64,000 bases of DNA from positions 39,407-103,406 of the forward strand of contig NHBG02000019.1 in assembly GCA_002167855.2 (NCBI GenBank), given 5' to 3'. Positions 28,517 to 38,785 of this stretch are shown piece by piece. Positions within the stretch are counted from its first letter, which is position 1, and each line of letters begins with the position of its first letter. The notes beneath the pieces are model-generated. The model was not told the DNA's origin and made no database searches. It worked only from the letters and a program-made list of their open reading frames with translations. Made by a program: the position numbers and the translations under genes. The stretch comes from Gammaproteobacteria bacterium TMED1. GTDB lineage: Bacteria > Pseudomonadota > Gammaproteobacteria > Pseudomonadales > Azotimanducaceae.

Positions 28517-28770
28517 AGAGTGGTTAGATCTATTTGCATAAGTTTCAATGGCCCTTAGTATAACGCTTTTAGTATGAGCTTAACATTACAGAAAGAACAC
28601 GAAAGTTTTGTGTTATCACCAAGGGATGGACTACACTCGAACAAACAGCTATCTTAACAAGAATAATAGATAAAGGTGTTCCAAAAATAGATTTCGTCGG
28701 CTCCCACATCCTTACTGTTTCACAGTTCGACAGACAAGACATAGACAGAATCTTTTCTGTAGCGGACAGC

Positions 28771-29700
28771 ATGCAACCATTCGCTAATCGAGAATGCGTA
28801 ACACGAGTTCTGGAGGGAGCAATTCTTGGCAACATGTTTTTTGAACCAAGCACGAGGACTCGGGTCAGCTTTGGTTGTGCATGGAATCTTCTTGGGGGTG
28901 AAGTAAGAGAAACAGCTGAAATCAAAACATCGGCCATTGCAAAAGGAGAATCGTTCTACGATACGGCCCGCGTTCTTAGTGGTTATAGTGATGTGATTGT
29001 CATGCGGCATCAAACAGAAGGGTCAGTGGAAGAATTTGCAAGCGCAAGCCGAGTTCCTGTAATTAACGGTGGGGACGGATCAAACGAGCACCCGAGTCAG
29101 GCTTTACTTGATCTTTATACGATTAGGAAGGAAGTCTCTGATCTTGGAAAGGGCGTTGATAATCTTAGAATAGCTCTGATTGGTGATCTGCGTTTTGGTC
29201 GTGCAGTCCATTCACTTTGCAGGTTGCTGAGCCTTTACGATAGCGTCCATTTTACCCTCGTCTCTCCCCCGGAACTAAGTCTCGGTGAAGAGTATGTGAA
29301 AGCAATACAAGAAGCTGGACACGAAGTAGTGGAATCAACGGATCTGCATGATGGAATAAGTCACGCAGATATCCTCTATGTAACCCGAACACAAGAAGAA
29401 AGATTCCCCAACCAGAAAGAAGCAGAAAAATATAAGGGACTGTTCCGTCTTAACCAGTCTATTTATACGGAGTATTGCGAACCAAATACAGTAATCATGC
29501 ATCCCCTACCTCGCGACTCTCGGGGTAACGCGAATGAGCTTGATAACGATCTCAATGAGAACCCGAATCTTGCTATTTTCAGACAAACAGATAATGGAGT
29601 TTTGATACGCATGGCGCTGTTTTCTCTGATCCTAGATGTTGCCGATAACATACAGGAAAGCGCCAAAGATGTAGGCTGGTATACCGCCAAGCGCTTCTAA
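28771..29700 (+). CDS. pyrB: aspartate carbamoyltransferase catalytic chain; the real start is probably upstream (about 28687 or earlier)
   Basis: FFEPSTRTRVSF (STRTR), NEHPSQALLDLYTI and HPLPR motifs. Coordinates use the first ATG. The conserved N-terminal GSHILTVSQFDRQDIDRIFSVADS is encoded in frame upstream of it (see findings). Confidence 0.9.
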   Translation: MQPFANRECVTRVLEGAILGNMFFEPSTRTRVSFGCAWNLLGGEVRETAEIKTSAIAKGESFYDTARVLSGYSDVIVMRHQTEGSVEEFASASRVPVINGGDGSNEHPSQALLDLYTIRKEVSDLGKGVDNLRIALIGDLRFGRAVHSLCRLLSLYDSVHFTLVSPPELSLGEEYVKAIQEAGHEVVESTDLHDGISHADILYVTRTQEERFPNQKEAEKYKGLFRLNQSIYTEYCEPNTVIMHPLPRDSRGNANELDNDLNENPNLAIFRQTDNGVLIRMALFSLILDVADNIQESAKDVGWYTAKRF

Positions 29701-29704
29701 ATAA

Positions 29705-30643
29705 ATGTCTAGCTATATCATCGATTGCGACCCTGGACATGACGATGCCGTCGCTTTGCTTTTCGCGGCCAAATCTCTGTCTCTCCATGGCATCACGACA
29801 GTATTTGGAAATAGTAACGTTACGAATACAACAAGAAATGCTCTCGCTCTGTTAAACACTGCTGGCCTCAAAATACCCGTCGCGAGAGGAGCGCGCCAGC
29901 CTTTGAAGGGAAGTATCCGAAGTGCTGAACACATACATGGTAAAAGTGGTTTGGACGGTGCCGACCTAAAGGATGGAAAAATAAAACCGGAAAAGAAAGA
30001 AGCACACGATTTCCTAATTGAAGCAGCGGATGACGTGCAAGATCTGGTCATTATTGCCATAGGTCCGCTTACCAATGTTGCTATGGCGATTGAAAAAGAG
30101 CCCAAGATAATGAGCTACATTAAAGAAATCTCTATCATGGGTGGTTCCACCAGTTTTGGTAACGTGAGTGCCACAGCAGAATTTAATATCTTCGCCGACC
30201 CCGAAGCCGCCCAAATTGTTTTCAGCAGCGGCATACCGCTGCGTATGGCAGGTTTGAATGTGACAAGCACCTTCGGCATCTCGGCACAGCAAGTAGCAAC
30301 GCTAAGCAAGAGTAGTGGTTTCCTACCTCGGCAAATCGGGCTTGCTCTGAACTACTACCTCACACAACAGAGTAAAATTTATAATCGCTCGTACGCACCA
30401 CTCCATGACATTTGCGCGGTCATACCCTATACTCATAAAGAATTGATTCAATACCAGTTTATGCATGTCGACGTCGAATGTGAAGGACAACTCACCCGCG
30501 GCCAGACAGTATGTGATCAAAGAAATTTATTTAAACAGGTCTCATCAAAGTCGCAGCAAAAGCCGAACTGTGACGTCGCGATTGCCAGCAAGGGCGAAGC
30601 GATCATTGATTTAGTTCTACAAAGTCTTCTCGATTTTCATTAG
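29705..30643 (+). CDS. nucleoside hydrolase (inosine/uridine-preferring, IUNH family)
   Basis: N-terminal aspartate cluster IIDCDPGHDDAVALL. Length is 312 aa. Confidence 0.85.
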   Translation: MSSYIIDCDPGHDDAVALLFAAKSLSLHGITTVFGNSNVTNTTRNALALLNTAGLKIPVARGARQPLKGSIRSAEHIHGKSGLDGADLKDGKIKPEKKEAHDFLIEAADDVQDLVIIAIGPLTNVAMAIEKEPKIMSYIKEISIMGGSTSFGNVSATAEFNIFADPEAAQIVFSSGIPLRMAGLNVTSTFGISAQQVATLSKSSGFLPRQIGLALNYYLTQQSKIYNRSYAPLHDICAVIPYTHKELIQYQFMHVDVECEGQLTRGQTVCDQRNLFKQVSSKSQQKPNCDVAIASKGEAIIDLVLQSLLDFH

Positions 30644-30657
30644 AGGTATGGGAAACC

Positions 30658-31611
30658 ATGATTTATGACAATATTCTTCAAACCATCGGCAATACGCCGG
30701 TAGTTCGAATAAATAAACTTGGTCCCAGCAACCAACATATCTACGCAAAATTGGAGTCATTTAATCCATTGGCTTCGGTAAAAGATAGATTAGCACTCGG
30801 CATCATCGAAGATGCAGAGAAAAGTGGCGCACTCGCTCAAGGTCAGACTATAGTGGAGGCAACATCCGGTAATACGGGTATTGCCCTTGCGATGGTTTGC
30901 GCAGTCAAAGGTTATCCCTTTGTTGCAACAATGGCGGAGACCTTCTCAATCGAAAGAAGAAAGATCATGAAGGCATTAGGTGCAAAAGTTATCCTTACGC
31001 CGGCTGCCGAACGAGGTTCCGGTATGGTTAAGCGTGCACAGGAGCTTGCCAATCAGCACGGTTGGTTCTTAGCTCGGCAATTTGAAAATCAGGCAAATCC
31101 AACTTACCACAGAAATACGACGGGACCAGAGATCATTAGAGACTTCGCCGGTAAGAACCTCGATTATTTTATAAGTGGATGGGGAACTGGAGGAACAATC
31201 ACCGGTGCAGGACAAATGATTAAACTTGCTCGTCCCAATGTTAAGGTTGTAGGAGCCGAACCTGAGAACGCGATGCTATTGTCAGGCGGGGATTGGACTC
31301 CTCACAAGATACAGGGTTGGTCTCCTGATTTCATACCCGGTGTGCTTGAACAAAAAGTAATAGACGAGCTTGTACCAACAAGCGACGAGGAGGCGATTAA
31401 AACCGCGCAGGACCTGGCCACGAAAGAGGGCATCTTTTGCGGGATATCAGCAGGAGCAACCATGTGCGCAGCTCTTAAGGTAGCGAAAATAGCGCCACCG
31501 GAAAGCACCTTCTGCGTCATGTTGCCAGATACTGGAGAACGTTACCTGACCTCGCCTTTGTTTGATAATGTTACACCAGAGTCTGACGATGACTGGCTAA
31601 AGGCACTATAG
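30658..31611 (+). CDS. cysK: cysteine synthase A (O-acetylserine sulfhydrylase)
   Basis: PLP-lysine motif NPLASVKDRLALG, plus TSGNTGIALA and GTGGTITG. Length is 317 aa. Confidence 0.85.
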   Translation: MIYDNILQTIGNTPVVRINKLGPSNQHIYAKLESFNPLASVKDRLALGIIEDAEKSGALAQGQTIVEATSGNTGIALAMVCAVKGYPFVATMAETFSIERRKIMKALGAKVILTPAAERGSGMVKRAQELANQHGWFLARQFENQANPTYHRNTTGPEIIRDFAGKNLDYFISGWGTGGTITGAGQMIKLARPNVKVVGAEPENAMLLSGGDWTPHKIQGWSPDFIPGVLEQKVIDELVPTSDEEAIKTAQDLATKEGIFCGISAGATMCAALKVAKIAPPESTFCVMLPDTGERYLTSPLFDNVTPESDDDWLKAL

Positions 31612-32547
31612 TTAGCTGGCTATTAATGCCTCAAATTCTGGCACTGCCTTAAACAAATCAGCCACAAGCCCAAAATCTGCCACTTGAAATATTGGCGCAT
31701 CCTCATCTTTGTTAATGGCAACAATCACCTTACTATCCTTCATCCCAGCGAGATGCTGGATCGCGCCACTAATTCCAACGGCGATATAAAGATCTGGAGC
31801 AACGATCTTACCTGTTTGCCCTACTTGCATATCATTCGGAACGAAACCGGCATCCACCGCAGCCCGGGATGCTCCCATAGCGGCGCCAAGCTTGTCAGCT
31901 ACAGATTCGAGCAAAGCGAAGTTCTCGCCATTTTGCATCCCTCGGCCACCGGAAACAATTATCCTGGCAGACGTCAATTCAGGCCGTTCTAACTTCACAA
32001 TTTCATCTTTATCCCAACATGACAAACCCGAATCCTTTATATGGTCTAAGGTTTCAATGCTTGCATTACCACCCTCACCAGAAACGCCGTCAAAAGCGGT
32101 CCCCCTAACTGTAAGTACTTTGATCCGGTCCGAAGATTGTACCGTTGCAATCGCATTTCCAGCATAAATTGGTCTTTCAAAAGTATCCTCACTCACTACG
32201 CTACTGATATCAGAGATTTGAGCGACGTCAAGTAAAGCGGCAACTCGCGGCATAAAGTTTTTACCAGAGGTAGTCGTGGGAGTCATTATATGACTGTAGG
32301 AATTTCCTATCTCTGCAACTAGATCTCCGATATTTTCTGCTAACTGGTGCGCATAAGCGGCGTTGTCTGCAATTAGAACTTTGGACACACCCTGTGCTTT
32401 CGACGCTTCTTCCGCTGCCTCCATGCAGTCTGATCCCGCAACCAGCACCTCTATCTGGTCTCCAATCTTTTGAGCTGCGGCTATGGCAACTAGTGTAGGG
32501 GCTTTGATAGATTTATTATCGTGTTCTGCTACCACTAAGATCGTCAT
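31612..32547 (-). CDS. etfA: electron transfer flavoprotein subunit alpha
   Basis: C-terminal FAD motif [19 protein letters not shown]. 311 aa. Overlaps etfB by 4 nt. Confidence 0.92.
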   Translation of the reverse strand: MTILVVAEHDNKSIKAPTLVAIAAAQKIGDQIEVLVAGSDCMEAAEEASKAQGVSKVLIADNAAYAHQLAENIGDLVAEIGNSYSHIMTPTTTSGKNFMPRVAALLDVAQISDISSVVSEDTFERPIYAGNAIATVQSSDRIKVLTVRGTAFDGVSGEGGNASIETLDHIKDSGLSCWDKDEIVKLERPELTSARIIVSGGRGMQNGENFALLESVADKLGAAMGASRAAVDAGFVPNDMQVGQTGKIVAPDLYIAVGISGAIQHLAGMKDSKVIVAINKDEDAPIFQVADFGLVADLFKAVPEFEALIAS

Positions 32548-33296
32548 GGAATCACCTTTACATCATTTCTGAGTTTATCAACGAGTTCTTCTACATTTTC
32601 TACAATAATTCCGGCCTGTCTTTTTGCGGGCGGCTCGACTTTAAGGACGTGAACTCGTGGCGCTGCGTCAACCCCCAAATCATCCGGCGAATATGTATCT
32701 ATCGGCTTCTTCTTTGCTTTCATTATGTTTGGTAGTGACGCATAACGGGGTTCGTTAAGTCTCAAGTCTGTAGTAACAACAGCCGGTAACTTGACCGTGA
32801 TGGTTTCCAAACCACCATCAATTTCTCTTGTTACCGTCACAGCTTCATCTCGGACCTCTACTTGAGAAGCAAATGTAGCTTGGCCAATCCCGGCCAAAGC
32901 GGCTAGCATTTGTCCTGTTTGACTATTATCACCATCGATGGCTTGTTTGCCTAATATAATCAATTCGGGCTTTTCTTTTTCAACGATTGCATTCAATATT
33001 TTGGCAATCGCTAGAGGCTGCATATCGTCATTAGACTCTACAAGGATGCCACGGTCAGCGCCCAGAGCTAAGGCAGTTCTAATTTGCTCTTGACAGGCGC
33101 TAGTACCAATTGAGACGACAATTATTTCCTCGGCGTTACCTGCCTCCTTCAGCCTCACCGCTTCCTCTATTGCTATCTCATCAAAAGGATTGACGGACAT
33201 CTTTACGTTATTCAGGTCAACGCCTGAATTGTCATTTAGCACGCGTATATTCACATTGTAGTCAACCACGCGTTTCGCTGTTACAAGAACTTTCAT
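32544..33296 (-). CDS. etfB: electron transfer flavoprotein subunit beta
   Basis: [19 protein letters not shown]... and [21 protein letters not shown]. The start is set at ATG 33296, which is aa 100 of the 349-aa ORF. The longer ORF would run into the divergent ETF-QO gene. Confidence 0.92.
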   Translation of the reverse strand: MKVLVTAKRVVDYNVNIRVLNDNSGVDLNNVKMSVNPFDEIAIEEAVRLKEAGNAEEIIVVSIGTSACQEQIRTALALGADRGILVESNDDMQPLAIAKILNAIVEKEKPELIILGKQAIDGDNSQTGQMLAALAGIGQATFASQVEVRDEAVTVTREIDGGLETITVKLPAVVTTDLRLNEPRYASLPNIMKAKKKPIDTYSPDDLGVDAAPRVHVLKVEPPAKRQAGIIVENVEELVDKLRNDVKVIP

Positions 33297-33477
33297 GAAT
33301 TCCTCTTCTTTATGAGCGGAGTGAGTTGGAAAAGGTGATAAACCAAGAGCCATGACGGCACGTATCTCCTGTACCGGCGCGATATTCTGCCCCGTTATTA
33401 TTAGATAATCAATTCCTTTAGGTGTGAAGGTTTCATACAATACATATGTTAACAAGATAGAATGGAGTAAAAGCGCA

Positions 33478-35139
33478 ATGGCAAAGGAGTCAATGGAGTT
33501 CGATCTAGTCGTGGTCGGTGGTGGCCCCTCTGGACTCGCCACTGCGATAAAGTTTGCGCAGCTAGCCGCGGAGGCAGGAGAAGAGTTATCCATTTGTCTG
33601 GTTGAAAAGGGTTCGGAAATCGGGGCGCATATATTGTCAGGTGCAGTAGTAGAATCGAGGGCTCTAGATGAACTATTTCCCGACTGGAAGGAGTTAGGCG
33701 CCCCCCTTCAAAACCCTGTAACTCAGGACGATTTTTATTACCTCTTTAATAATAAAAAAGGCGTCAAATTGCCTCCATGGATGATACCGAATGAACTCCA
33801 TAATGAGGGGAACTTCGCCACAAGTCTTGGCAATTTATGCCGTTGGCTTGGCGATCAAGCCGAGGAAGCTGGTATAAATATCTTCCCGGGATTCGCCGCC
33901 AGCGAGATACTTTTTAACGAAGATGGCTCAATCAAAGGCATAGCCACCGGCGACATGGGTATCGACGCAGAAGGTGAGGAGAAGCCGTCCTATCAGCCAG
34001 GTTATGAACTTCATGCGAAATATACGGTGTTTGCCGAGGGGTGCCGGGGTCATCTCGGGAAACAGCTTATGGCTAAATTTGACCTTGAGGAAAGTTCGGG
34101 TACGCAACACTATGGCATCGGTTTTAAAGAGGTTTGGAATATTGATCCAAATAAACATATCCCTGGCAAAGTAGTTCACACGGTTGGTTGGCCTCTTGGC
34201 CATCTTCCTGGAAGCGCAGGAGGAGGCTCCTATCTTTATCACCTAGAGAATAATCAGATAGCGATCGGATTGATAATCGATCTTAGCTATAGAAACCCAC
34301 ATATCAGCCCCTTCGACGAATTCCAGAGGTTCAAGCATCACCACCTTATCAGCGACGTGCTCTCTGGTGGGGAGAGGGTTTCCTATGGCGCTCGTGCCAT
34401 TATCAAAGGAGGATACCAGGCTCTCCCAAAGCTAACCGTACCCGGAGGCTTATTGGTAGGCGACGACGCCGGATTCCTGAACAACTTAAAACAGAAAGGG
34501 ACTCACACTGCAATGAAATCCGGTATGTTAGCGGCAGAAGCGATTTTTAACGCTATCAAAAATGGCTCTCAGGGTGGAGAAGACTTGGTTGAGTTTACGG
34601 AGTATTACAAGAATTCCTGGTTGTATGAGGAGCTGTATAAAGCAAGAAACACTATGCCCCTGTTACACAAACTTGGCTTGTTTTTGGGTAGCGCGAGTGT
34701 ATGGATGGACCAAAATATTTTTCGTGGCAGACTGCCTTTCACTCTGCGAGACAATAAACCAGATCATGCACAACTAAAGCTGGCTAGTGAATCTAGAAAA
34801 CCAAGCTATCCGAAGCCTGATGGAAAAATTAGTTTCGATAAACTTTCCTCGGTTTTCATAACGAATACTTCACATGAAGAGGATCAACCCTGCCATCTTC
34901 AGCTTGGGGACCCAAGGATACCAATTGAGAGCAACCTCCCCCTCTACGATGAACCTGCGCAAAGATATTGCCCAGCGGGAGTCTACGAGGTTCTAAGCGA
35001 AGAAAATGGAGATACGCATTTTCAGATCAACGCACAAAACTGTATCCACTGCAAAACCTGTGATATCAAAGACCCGGCTCAGAACATTAATTGGGTTGTT
35101 CCAGAGGGAGCAGGAGGACCAAATTATGGGAACATGTGA
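33478..35139 (+). CDS. electron transfer flavoprotein-ubiquinone oxidoreductase
   Basis: [17 protein letters not shown] fold and C-terminal 4Fe-4S region CPAGVYE...[19 protein letters not shown] 33478 is preferred over 33424. Confidence 0.92.
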   Translation: MAKESMEFDLVVVGGGPSGLATAIKFAQLAAEAGEELSICLVEKGSEIGAHILSGAVVESRALDELFPDWKELGAPLQNPVTQDDFYYLFNNKKGVKLPPWMIPNELHNEGNFATSLGNLCRWLGDQAEEAGINIFPGFAASEILFNEDGSIKGIATGDMGIDAEGEEKPSYQPGYELHAKYTVFAEGCRGHLGKQLMAKFDLEESSGTQHYGIGFKEVWNIDPNKHIPGKVVHTVGWPLGHLPGSAGGGSYLYHLENNQIAIGLIIDLSYRNPHISPFDEFQRFKHHHLISDVLSGGERVSYGARAIIKGGYQALPKLTVPGGLLVGDDAGFLNNLKQKGTHTAMKSGMLAAEAIFNAIKNGSQGGEDLVEFTEYYKNSWLYEELYKARNTMPLLHKLGLFLGSASVWMDQNIFRGRLPFTLRDNKPDHAQLKLASESRKPSYPKPDGKISFDKLSSVFITNTSHEEDQPCHLQLGDPRIPIESNLPLYDEPAQRYCPAGVYEVLSEENGDTHFQINAQNCIHCKTCDIKDPAQNINWVVPEGAGGPNYGNM

Positions 35140-35178
35140 CCGTGAATCAGAAGCCTAGAACGGGCCCCCGCCCCAGTA

Positions 35179-35766
35179 TCACCACACTTCTAGTTCGAGC
35201 AATTGCATAAGCTCTTTTAAATGGGTGCTGTTACGCTCCGTTCCAAGAATCATGGCCTGATTTGAACTCTCGTCGAATTGTCTAACTAATAAGTAAGTCG
35301 CGCCGCGAAATCTCAAATGCGAATGCTCTACCATATCACCTCGCTCCTCAAAGGTACCGCGCACAGACTTCAATACCGGGTGCATTAATCTATTTTGTTT
35401 ATTATGGTGATAGGTAATCAAAGGTCTTAGGACAGCTTGAGATTCTATTTGATGAGGTCGCTGACGTAATATCCCCTTGAGATTTTCAGTCGAAGGTACT
35501 CTTTGGATGTCCATCATATATTCTTCCAAATCACTGTCTCGCAGGAAAAAATCTTTACCATCCTCCTCGAAGAGAGGTACGCCAACGAATGCCAGAGAGC
35601 GAAAATACCAATATCCATCTGCAACAGAAAGATTTAAATCACGACCAAATTGGTTCACCACAGCCTGATACCAACTCAACACCTCAAACCTCGAAAGGAC
35701 TCCGCGTTTTATCCTCCCAATAACATCCAGCATCATTTTTCTGTCGGGACGTTTGACTAAAAGCAT
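35179..35766 (-). CDS. hypothetical protein
   Basis: 195-aa ORF directly downstream of the DUF1285 gene. I recognise no motif. An alternative start at 35736 (MMLDVIG...) would remove the 10-nt overlap. Confidence 0.45.
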   Translation of the reverse strand: MLLVKRPDRKMMLDVIGRIKRGVLSRFEVLSWYQAVVNQFGRDLNLSVADGYWYFRSLAFVGVPLFEEDGKDFFLRDSDLEEYMMDIQRVPSTENLKGILRQRPHQIESQAVLRPLITYHHNKQNRLMHPVLKSVRGTFEERGDMVEHSHLRFRGATYLLVRQFDESSNQAMILGTERNSTHLKELMQLLELEVW

Positions 35767-36320
35767 TCCGAGGAATCCACCAACTCAAAAAAAATATTTT
35801 CACTCCAGATACCCAAACGATCATCTTCCTCCTCAAGCAGACCCATCAATTGATAATAAACATTTCTCGATAGCTTTGCTTCAAGACCATCTCGGATCAT
35901 CACGTAAGGTGAAGCTTCTCCTGACTTTAAATTAGTCTCTATGCGAAGGGGATGTTCGTCGTCAAGGATAATTACATCACCCATATTAGTGGTAAACGAT
36001 ACTGATTGATGTCTCCCCTTACCTACCTCCTGCATCAAAATAGCTGCAAAGGGTACGTCAGCAACTTTTATACGGTACTTCTCTTCAGGAGTAATCAGAT
36101 AATATTCGCCATCATTTTCTAACCGTATTAACGTCGAAAATAAGCGAGTTAGACGTTGCCGCTCAATTGGACTTCCAAGGTAGCTCCATGCACCCTCAGC
36201 ACTGATACTTATATCAAGGTTTGATACCCTTTCTGGACGCCACAAATCTATGGGCGGCTTATCTTTAAACCGTACTTTTTCAAGTTCCGCCAATAGCGAA
36301 TATGGTGTTTTTAAAATCAT
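35757..36320 (-). CDS. DUF1285 domain-containing protein
   Basis: 187 aa. WSYLGSPIERQRLTRLFSTLIRLENDGEYYLITPEEKYRIKVADVPF resembles DUF1285, from memory. Confidence 0.6.
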   Translation of the reverse strand: MILKTPYSLLAELEKVRFKDKPPIDLWRPERVSNLDISISAEGAWSYLGSPIERQRLTRLFSTLIRLENDGEYYLITPEEKYRIKVADVPFAAILMQEVGKGRHQSVSFTTNMGDVIILDDEHPLRIETNLKSGEASPYVMIRDGLEAKLSRNVYYQLMGLLEEEDDRLGIWSENIFFELVDSSECF

Positions 36321-36388
36321 CAGATCTTATCCATCATATGCTTAGGCCCAGCTATCTCTTTAAGAACTAATCGCTGCAACGGAACTCA

Positions 36389-36733
36389 CTATCGAACTTT
36401 CCCATCATCACGCTTTTTTAGAATATGCTTACTGCAAGCGCTAGCAAGCCCAATTGCGTGGGTTAAGCCATTTCGAACTCCAAAAACCTGACATCTGTCT
36501 TTCTCCGCTCGCATATGAGCACTAACCTCGTACATATCTACTATTCCAGTAGCACCAAAAGGATGGCACTTCGAGAGCAACTGTCCCGGAAAATTAGCTG
36601 GATTACGACAACCCAGGGCTCCCTCCTCTGGGTAGATTGTATGACCTCCTTCGCCGTCTTCGCAAAGACCGAGATTCCTACCGGTGAAAGGACCATTTGT
36701 AAGGACCGAAGTCTTCTCTAAAGTTTCAAGCAA
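36389..36733 (-). pseudogene. C-terminal remnant of an SCP-x/thiolase-type gene
   Basis: The 114-aa ORF (TTG start) aligns by eye with only the last ~110 residues of thiolases: NLGLCEDGEGG...NPANFPGQLLSKCHPFGATG...RAEKDRCQV...GLTHAIGL. Only ~110 nt separate it from the upstream gene, so the ~280-aa N-terminal catalytic part is missing. Confidence 0.5.
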
Positions 36734-36842
36734 GGAACCACCCGAAACAATAACGTCTCATTCATTTTTTTCACCAATACATTTGTGGCATAAGGGTCAG
36801 GCAATTTTTAATTAATAAAGATCGAGGAGATTAAAGAGACTG

Positions 36843-38399
36843 TTAAAGAACTGCTCCTGCTGCCCACGGCAAAAACTCGAGATCCCCCAGCCCGAATAGC
36901 TCAGATTTACTAAGCTCACCTGAAGCAGTGGCCAATATTTTTTCGAAAATAATCTCACCTAGTTCATCAATGGATGCGTCACCATCAATAATAACTCCAC
37001 AATTTACATCCATGTCCTCAGACATGCGGTTATACATTAAAGAATTTGTTGCAAGTTTAAGACAAGGTGTTGGTTTACTCCCATAAACCGAACCTCGACC
37101 TGTCGAAAAACACGCTATATTAGCCCCACCCGCGATCATTCCGGTGACAGAAGCGGGGTCATATCCTGGGGTATCCATAAAAACAAAACCTTTGCTAGTT
37201 ATCGGTGTGGCATACTCATAGACGTCCATTAGACTTGTTGTCCCCCCTTTTGCAACTGCCCCCAATGATTTCTCTAAGATCGTAGTTAATCCCCCTGCCT
37301 TATTACCCGGAGCTGGATTGTTATTGAGGGTCGTATTGTTTCTTTTAGTATATTCCTCCCACCACTTAATACGCGCTACTAATTTCTCACCTACTTCTTG
37401 ACTAACTGCACGACGGGTTAATAGATGTTCCGCTCCATAGATCTCCGGCGTTTCTGCAAGACACGCAGTACCCCCCTGCCGAATCAATAAGTCTGCAGCT
37501 GCTCCCAAACCCGGATTGGCAGAGATGCCAGAATAAGCATCAGAGCCTCCACACTCTAAAGCGAGAATCAACTCACTAGCTGGTATGGCTTTACGGCACG
37601 CCTTTTCTGCGATTGGTAACATTTCCTTAACAGCCTCTATACCCTGCTCTAAAGCAGCTCTCGCCCCTGAATCCTGAATAATAAGTGTCCGTAAGGTATC
37701 CGCTACCACAAGATGCTCCTTTTGGAGCAGTCCTTTCATCTGTAAACCCTCACAACCTAGGCCAACTATCACAACACCTGCGAAATTTGGATGACGAGCG
37801 TATCCTCCCACACAACGCTGAACCATGAGTTGCCCCTCAAAGGTTCCCATTCCACAGCCAGATCCATGGGTCAGCGCGACTACACCATCAACATTTGGAT
37901 ATTCAGATAAGATCTCGTCTGTAAAGTTTTCAGCGATTTTTTTGACCACAGTAGCGGAGCAATTAACCGTCGATATCACGCCAATATAATTTCGTGTGCC
38001 TGCAACCCCATTTGCCCGCCTAAACCCTTGAAAAGTTCTCTGTTCATGCTCTTGGACTAACTTCACATCGTTTCTACAGGTACCGAAAGCATAATCACGT
38101 TCAAAATCTGCGTACCCCATATTATGTTCGTGGACATGATCACCGACCTTAATATCGGTAGTTGCAAACCCAATAACCTGATCATACTTTATAATCGCTT
38201 GACCAACCGACAGCGCAGTGGTGGCAATTTTATGCCCGGCAGGAACCATTGCCGAAGTAGTATCTTGATTCTCAAAAACAAAACCAGATTGCAGAACACT
38301 TTTCGCTACAACCACATTATCATTACTATGTAGGCGAATAGTTGTGGACTGATCAGCCAATGCCAACCCCTTAACTGTTATTGGGAAAGGAAGATACAA
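36843..38399 (-). CDS. UxaA-family hydro-lyase (altronate / galactarate dehydratase-like) with an N-terminal SAF domain
   Basis: 518 aa. SAF-like N-terminus (IRLHSNDNVVVAKSVLQSG) followed by a UxaA-type C-terminal domain (ALTHGSGCGM..., GLGCEG...). TTG start at 38399. Confidence 0.85.
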   Translation of the reverse strand: MYLPFPITVKGLALADQSTTIRLHSNDNVVVAKSVLQSGFVFENQDTTSAMVPAGHKIATTALSVGQAIIKYDQVIGFATTDIKVGDHVHEHNMGYADFERDYAFGTCRNDVKLVQEHEQRTFQGFRRANGVAGTRNYIGVISTVNCSATVVKKIAENFTDEILSEYPNVDGVVALTHGSGCGMGTFEGQLMVQRCVGGYARHPNFAGVVIVGLGCEGLQMKGLLQKEHLVVADTLRTLIIQDSGARAALEQGIEAVKEMLPIAEKACRKAIPASELILALECGGSDAYSGISANPGLGAAADLLIRQGGTACLAETPEIYGAEHLLTRRAVSQEVGEKLVARIKWWEEYTKRNNTTLNNNPAPGNKAGGLTTILEKSLGAVAKGGTTSLMDVYEYATPITSKGFVFMDTPGYDPASVTGMIAGGANIACFSTGRGSVYGSKPTPCLKLATNSLMYNRMSEDMDVNCGVIIDGDASIDELGEIIFEKILATASGELSKSELFGLGDLEFLPWAAGAVL

Positions 38400-38785
38400 T
38401 TTAGCTAGATCTAAGTCAAAAAGAGCAAAGGAAAAAATTTGGTACCTGAAACACCCGGTTTCTTATCCAAATTTAGGCGCTTGTGGTTGCAGGATACTAA
38501 GAGCAATCATCAAATTCATTTATAAATGGGAGTCCTGCCTCTTCATCATCGCTGCGGTTTTTTTAGCCCGATTGGAGGCTCTCCCATCGCAGTTAATTAG
38601 AACGATTAAGCGGGGCTTAAGGATGAGCAGCATCTTTGTCGCCAGCAGGTCTAATAGGCCGTCCTTATCAACATCACCAACGATGAACTCAAGGACAGCG
38701 AAACCTTTTTTAAAAACGTTCTCTAGTTTGAGGCTCGCGAACTAATGAATAATGGTCTTCATCCTCCTAGAGAAGCGTTAGCGCA

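Noticed and set aside
28569-29013. Minus-strand ORFs 28569-28937 and 28720-29013 between gspE and pyrB
   Set aside because: They are antisense to the clearly homologous N-terminal part of pyrB and show no motifs.
33297-33593. N-terminal 99-codon extension of the etfB ORF
   Set aside because: The extension has no similarity to EtfB and crosses the divergent promoter region into the ETF-QO coding sequence. EtfB homology begins exactly at [11 protein letters not shown] (ATG 33296).
38520-38762. 80-codon minus-strand frame with a strong SD (AGGAGG) and ATG, interrupted by an in-frame TAG at codon 7
   Set aside because: Without the stop it would encode MKTIIH-FASLKLENVFKKGFAVLEFIVGDVDKDGLLDLLATK..., which I cannot assign to any family. 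It is most simply a decayed gene fragment or chance ORF. I found nothing supporting programmed read-through. It is recorded as context for the orphan-island finding.
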